From assembly GCA_050246815.1 (NCBI GenBank), contig JBFWVI010000012.1, positions 1 to 64,000 of the forward strand: a stretch of 64,000 nt of DNA, written 5' to 3'. Shown piece after piece: positions 59,461 to 64,000 of the stretch (positions are counted from its first letter, which is position 1; every line of letters begins with the position of its first letter). Both the position numbers and the translations under genes were made by a program. The stretch comes from Bdellovibrionales bacterium. GTDB lineage: Bacteria > Bdellovibrionota > Bdellovibrionia > Bdellovibrionales > UBA1609. The notes below the pieces were generated by a model, which was not told where the DNA came from, made no database searches, and was given only the letters and a program-made list of their open reading frames with translations.

Positions 59461-60690
59461 GTGGCAAAGGTTTCACGAAGATCTCACGTTTTTATGAAGC
59501 CCAATCCGATAAATTTATGTGCGGCCCAGGTGATTAAGGCTGGCGCCTCGGATCCCTATGGAACCAAACCCAGATTCATTCAAATTAAAAATCTCGAGCT
59601 TCATGGCGCAGCCACGGGCAACACCTTCACCAGTCTAACCGGCGCAACCATGACGTATGGTGACTCTGCCGGCATTTGGATACAGCCCTCGGTCGACATC
59701 TTGCTTGAGAACAATGTGATTTATGACAATGCATTCGGCATTTTCACAATGGCTAAAGACGGAGAACTCGCGGCCGCTTGCGAGCGGATCACGGTTCGCA
59801 ACAGTCGCGTCTACGGTAACGGCCGCGTGAACAATTACTACGATCATAACTTTTATATTCAAGCAAGCAATCCGGTCATCGAGGGTAATTACATAGGCCA
59901 AACGCGCGCGGGTTCGCAAGGGTCAAGCTACAAAAGCCGCAGCAGTGGAGAGATTTTTCGTTACAACTACGTCGAGGCCAGTGCCCGCGCTATTGATTTG
60001 GTTCACTCTGAAGATCAACAAAACGGCATTGCCAATTTGCCTGACTACGGAACTGATTATGTTTATGGCAATATTATTGTAAACGACTGCAGTCTTGGAA
60101 ATTGTGCGTCCAATCCCATTCATTATGGCGGTGACAACTTTGGCGAACAAGACAATGTTGTGGCAGTCTTCAACCCCGGGATCAAGTATCGGCAAAGACT
60201 TTACTTCTTTAATAATACGGTCATTAACAAAGTCATGCTCGGTCAGTCATATCGTACCCATGTCTTTGATTTGTCTTTGGTTGGCACGACAGTCGAAGCT
60301 TGGAACAATATTTTCTCATTTGAAGGCGATTCAAACTTCTCTTGGGTCGAAAGCGCCGGTGTGTTGAATCTTCGCGGCAACAATCTGGTGACCAGAACCA
60401 TTCCAAAGGGTGACATGAGCGCCTTGGCTTCAAATTACACAATCAATAACGTGGGCAGTCTGGTGATGGCGGCAAGTCCTGCGGCCCTCTTTGTTAATCC
60501 GGCCAACAATTATAATTTAATTTCTGGCGCACCTGCTATTGATCGAGCCACTGCGGTTCCAGCGGGAATTACTCCCGACTCAAGATATATACAAACTCCT
60601 CTGGTTGGCCAGCCTTATATGAAAGCAAATGGGATTCTGCTTCGATCAGTTCGGGGTACCGCAGCTGACCTAGGGGCCAATGAATTTTAG
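59461..60690 (+). CDS. Right-handed parallel beta-helix (pectin-lyase-like) protein, probably 5'-truncated
   Basis: Asn-ladder repeats (LLENNVIYDN, VIEGNYI, VYGNIIV, FFNNTV); C-terminal APAID...DLGANEF; no signal peptide. Confidence 0.75.
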   Translation: MAKVSRRSHVFMKPNPINLCAAQVIKAGASDPYGTKPRFIQIKNLELHGAATGNTFTSLTGATMTYGDSAGIWIQPSVDILLENNVIYDNAFGIFTMAKDGELAAACERITVRNSRVYGNGRVNNYYDHNFYIQASNPVIEGNYIGQTRAGSQGSSYKSRSSGEIFRYNYVEASARAIDLVHSEDQQNGIANLPDYGTDYVYGNIIVNDCSLGNCASNPIHYGGDNFGEQDNVVAVFNPGIKYRQRLYFFNNTVINKVMLGQSYRTHVFDLSLVGTTVEAWNNIFSFEGDSNFSWVESAGVLNLRGNNLVTRTIPKGDMSALASNYTINNVGSLVMAASPAALFVNPANNYNLISGAPAIDRATAVPAGITPDSRYIQTPLVGQPYMKANGILLRSVRGTAADLGANEF

Positions 60691-60803
60691 ACAGCGTTGG
60701 ACTGTTTCATTTTTAGGCGTGATGGCCTCATGTCCTGGGCGACTAACTTGTCGACAGCCGTAGACCGTATGAAGATAGAAAGCCCTTAAAAGCAAGGCCA
60801 ATT

Positions 60804-60819
60804 TGGCCATTCATTTGCA
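60804..60819 (+). promoter_or_regulatory. Candidate sigma54 promoter
   Basis: TGGCCATTCATTTGCA, GG-N10-GC spacing, about 50 nt before the next ORF. Confidence 0.45.
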
Positions 60820-60867
60820 GATTACTGTCCTAACCGGATCACATAAATATTCCCGAGAGGATCACGC

Positions 60868-62475
60868 TTGGCGACCACCGTAAGCAATTTGCGACTGTTC
60901 TTAGCAGCAACGATGATGAGTCTGTTGCCGAGTCTTGCACACGGGGCGGTTGATTGTTCTGCCGCTAAGCTTAAAGAAGTATTAGAGCCCTTGTCTGCAA
61001 CTAAAAGTTCGGTTTCTGTTCAATGCAACCTTAATCTTAAATCCTATGATGTCGTGACCAAAAAAATTGTGGTTTATGGATCAAACGCCTCTGGGATTAC
61101 CATCAATTGCAACGGCGCCACCATCGGCAGCGACACGGTTTCCCCCAGCCGCATGGTTTTGCAAATCGCTTCACAAAAAGTAACGGACCCCTCTACGGGC
61201 CAGGTTCAGTGGCGGCGTCCCGAAAACGTGACGGTCAAAAATTGCGTGATTAAAGGGCGTGCCGGCGTCAGTGGCATGGCCTCGGCGGATCTTAGGGTCT
61301 CATCCTATACCGCCGGTCATACCGGCCGGGCGCAAGCGGCGGCTCCAAAAAATATCCAATTCGAAAATATGACCATGATCGGACAAAATATTATCCCGCT
61401 CTACGTTTATCCAGGGGCGACCTATGTGTCGGTGCGAAACTCAACGTTTACCGGAGTATCAAATAGCGTTACTGTTTATTTAGATGCAGAATCCGCACAT
61501 CATACCATCAAAGATAACACCTTTAGAACTCGTACAAGGCGTGAGCACCTGGCTGTTGATGGATCGGCTTACAATAAAATCATTGGCAATAAATTTTTTC
61601 TGGATTACTTGGGGGGCATTTTTCTTTACCGCAACTGCGGAGAGGCGGGCGTTGTCCGCCACCAGACGCCTTCTCAAAATCAAATCCTCAATAACTACTT
61701 TGATTTCGGAAACTCCACAGGATACAACGGAGTTACTCCGGCCATCTGGGTGGCCTCGCGCAATGGCAATCGTGACTATTGTTCCCATGATAATGGCTAC
61801 CCCGTTGGCAGCAGCGTGAACAACAACGACTTGGCACGCTACAATGTGATCTCGCAAAATCAAATTCGCCACTATAGCGCGGCGGAAATGATCAGAGTCA
61901 ATGCGTCGCCCAACACTCTTAATGCTAATGAGACTGTGAGTAATGAAATTTCGCGGCCCGCAGCCTGCTATCTTGACTCCGCCCTGCCGACGAACTTTTT
62001 TGCCAGTGGCACAACAACCAGATATGTCATGGCTGATGGTGAGCCCACCTGCAATGGTCGCAGTTATAAGTGCAACGATGGCGAAATTATTTCTGCATCA
62101 ATATCCTGCGCAAACACACCCTTGCCTATCGAAGTTCCTTTTTCATGCAAAGCGGACAATAATAATTCGGGTTGTAGGGGGGTGGTGACCTGCCCTTCAC
62201 GCAAAAATCTGCTTGCCGTTCGAGCCGGCTGCAACCTCGAGTTTGGATTGGTTTCGCAAAGCCGACTTGCATCAGTGCCATGGAATCAGGTCGAGGTCGT
62301 TCGTGCTTCTGACTATATCAACGCTGGGTTTTGTTTTGTGGCAGATGCAGAAATTTCGTCTGGATCTTCAGCCATCAACATCGGCAGCCAACAAAATTCT
62401 TTTGAGTACAGCTGTCGTGAATTTGATAGCAATGGCGGCGAGTGCCATGTCTTCGGCACGGCTCTTTGCTTGTAA
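60868..62475 (+). CDS. Secreted right-handed beta-helix protein with Cys-rich C-terminal domain
   Basis: Signal peptide ending AHG; NVTVKNCVI, HTIKDNTF, NKIIGNKF, NQILNNYF repeats; many C-terminal Cys. Confidence 0.8.
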   Translation: MATTVSNLRLFLAATMMSLLPSLAHGAVDCSAAKLKEVLEPLSATKSSVSVQCNLNLKSYDVVTKKIVVYGSNASGITINCNGATIGSDTVSPSRMVLQIASQKVTDPSTGQVQWRRPENVTVKNCVIKGRAGVSGMASADLRVSSYTAGHTGRAQAAAPKNIQFENMTMIGQNIIPLYVYPGATYVSVRNSTFTGVSNSVTVYLDAESAHHTIKDNTFRTRTRREHLAVDGSAYNKIIGNKFFLDYLGGIFLYRNCGEAGVVRHQTPSQNQILNNYFDFGNSTGYNGVTPAIWVASRNGNRDYCSHDNGYPVGSSVNNNDLARYNVISQNQIRHYSAAEMIRVNASPNTLNANETVSNEISRPAACYLDSALPTNFFASGTTTRYVMADGEPTCNGRSYKCNDGEIISASISCANTPLPIEVPFSCKADNNNSGCRGVVTCPSRKNLLAVRAGCNLEFGLVSQSRLASVPWNQVEVVRASDYINAGFCFVADAEISSGSSAINIGSQQNSFEYSCREFDSNGGECHVFGTALCL

Positions 62476-62603
62476 TTTTTGATACAGGCTAACTTGCACT
62501 GTCGAGCAGATTTCTATGTCAAGTTTCTGGGCGACCAGATCTATTGCAAATGGAATACGGCAAGAATACAATTTGCATAGTATTAAATGGTCATCGCGGG
62601 GGC

Positions 62604-64000
62604 ATGTCCATGCTGCAAAGAAGCACTTCATTTTTATTATGGCTGTCGATCTTATTGGCGGGGCTCTTGGTGTCTCAGTCTGAGGCAGCGGTTTATAAAA
62701 GCAATCCAACCTCGGTGTTGGTGCGGGCCAATTTGCCTGGGAATAATTCGACGCTTCTATTTGTTTCTTCGCCGACTGTAGGAAGTGTCAATGTGCGGCT
62801 GCACCCAAGTGCGCAAGCGGTTGGGGCTAATGCGCAGGCCGTTATTTTCGGCGTGCCCTTCCCCAAGGGGGCAGTGTCTAATGCAAATCTCATACGGGCA
62901 CTTGATCAAAATGACGTCGAGATACCTTCACAGGTCAGCGTTTTAAGCTTCTGGCGAGATTTTCAGAACCCCGCTGTGCAACAGTCGATTCGCAGTGTGC
63001 GAATTGTGGTGAGCCGTAGTTTTGCAAACACGACTCCGATTAATATCAAAATTCAATACGGCTCGCCGCGGCAGCAAAACTTGAGTGGAGTCTTTGACAC
63101 GGTTTCAACCTGGCAAAGTATCAGCTTAGGCCCAAACCCAAGCGAATATCCCGCCGCGGCCAATGTTCGTGAGCCGATCGTTTACGCCACGTTAGAATCT
63201 GAATGGATGAGTTCTTGTTTGCTGCAAACGCGCACAGCAACAGTCAATTCACAAAGCGCCTACAGTGTTTTTGATAATTCGTTTTTGCGCCATACGGACT
63301 CGGCTATCTCTGGTACGGCCTACCAAACAACATCAGAGCCCTGGCTTTATGATCGAGCTCAAACACTTTTTATCGCCTATTTTCGCACAGGCAGCGTGGA
63401 TCGCTTAAGAAGTGCGCATCGCGCGGCTCAGTTTTACAAGGCGAACATCAATGCGGCCGGTGGATTTGCCTTGGGGGGAGATTCTAAGTACGTGTACGGC
63501 CAGTCAATGTACTATGATTTGATGTTGACCGGCGATACCACTCTGGTCCCTGTCATCGAGCGGGCGACTTTGCCGCACGCGGGCTGGCCAACAACTTATT
63601 CAGCGGCAACAAATTTTTGGACGGAGCGAAATAGTGCTTATGCCCTTCACGCAAGCCTTGCGGCTTATGAGGCCACCGGTGCCGCGGCTTATGCAGTTCG
63701 AGCAAGAAGTTTATTTAATAGCTATTTTTCGATGCAGCAAACACCGATTAATGGTTGGGTGAAGAATGGCTGCACACTGCACACCAACACTCAGCACGAT
63801 CCATCCGAAGCATTGCCAAATGTTGTCTGTTCGCCATGGATGGGTGCGCTGCTGGCGGATGCGATTTGGAAGTATTATATTTTGTCTCTAGACAACAACG
63901 CCCTGATCTATTTGGCGGACTTTGCCGACTTCATTCAACAGTATGGTCTTTACACGTCCGGCACGGCCCGGTTGCCCTATTACGGGGCTTCAAGTTATGG
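62604..64000 (+). CDS. Secreted YetA/PcRGLX-like protein (runs off the window; absent from the ORF track)
   Basis: Translated by hand: MSMLQRSTSFLLWLSILLAGLLVSQSEA signal; FGVPFPKG...LDQNDVEIPSQVSVLSFW barrel motif; EPWLYDR, FWTER. Confidence 0.7.
   Translation, partial: MSMLQRSTSFLLWLSILLAGLLVSQSEAAVYKSNPTSVLVRANLPGNNSTLLFVSSPTVGSVNVRLHPSAQAVGANAQAVIFGVPFPKGAVSNANLIRALDQNDVEIPSQVSVLSFWRDFQNPAVQQSIRSVRIVVSRSFANTTPINIKIQYGSPRQQNLSGVFDTVSTWQSISLGPNPSEYPAAANVREPIVYATLESEWMSSCLLQTRTATVNSQSAYSVFDNSFLRHTDSAISGTAYQTTSEPWLYDRAQTLFIAYFRTGSVDRLRSAHRAAQFYKANINAAGGFALGGDSKYVYGQSMYYDLMLTGDTTLVPVIERATLPHAGWPTTYSAATNFWTERNSAYALHASLAAYEATGAAAYAVRARSLFNSYFSMQQTPINGWVKNGCTLHTNTQHDPSEALPNVVCSPWMGALLADAIWKYYILSLDNNALIYLADFADFIQQYGLYTSGTARLPYYGASSY

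Overview
This window looks like chromosomal DNA from a Bdellovibrionota-like bacterium; the taxon is inferred from gene types, not from a search. It opens with the 3' part of lon, a TPR/winged-helix regulator and tRNA-Val(TAC). A ~32.8 kb integrative conjugative element (4566-37366) follows, bounded by a 21-bp direct repeat with 1 mismatch that overlaps the tRNA 3' end. The element encodes a large serine recombinase, a PD-(D/E)xK Replic_Relax/MOBC-like relaxase next to a large nested inverted repeat, a compact VirB2-B10/VirD4 type IV secretion operon, a five-gene signalling operon and efflux/stress cargo. Two observations stand out. (1) The att core lies inside the integrase reading frame. Excision would swap a 22-aa tail encoded antisense to the tRNA for an in-frame 171-aa HTH plus recombinase-like module at the far end of the element, whose HTH part has no start codon of its own. 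(2) A translationally coupled operon of a sigma54 activator, a small secreted protein, an orphan peptide-binding protein, a minimal YcaO and a hybrid histidine kinase sits directly upstream of the transfer genes. A shared palindromic motif and sigma54-like promoters precede both operons, suggesting a YcaO-modified peptide pheromone that controls conjugation. Right of the element are a decayed island (toxin-antitoxin relics, LysR), a FIST/PP2C/STAS partner-switching module, secreted putative glycan-active proteins, a ferritin-like gene, MFS, dsbD plus redoxin, terC, an RRM protein and an FKBP PPIase. No CRISPR array or rRNA was seen.
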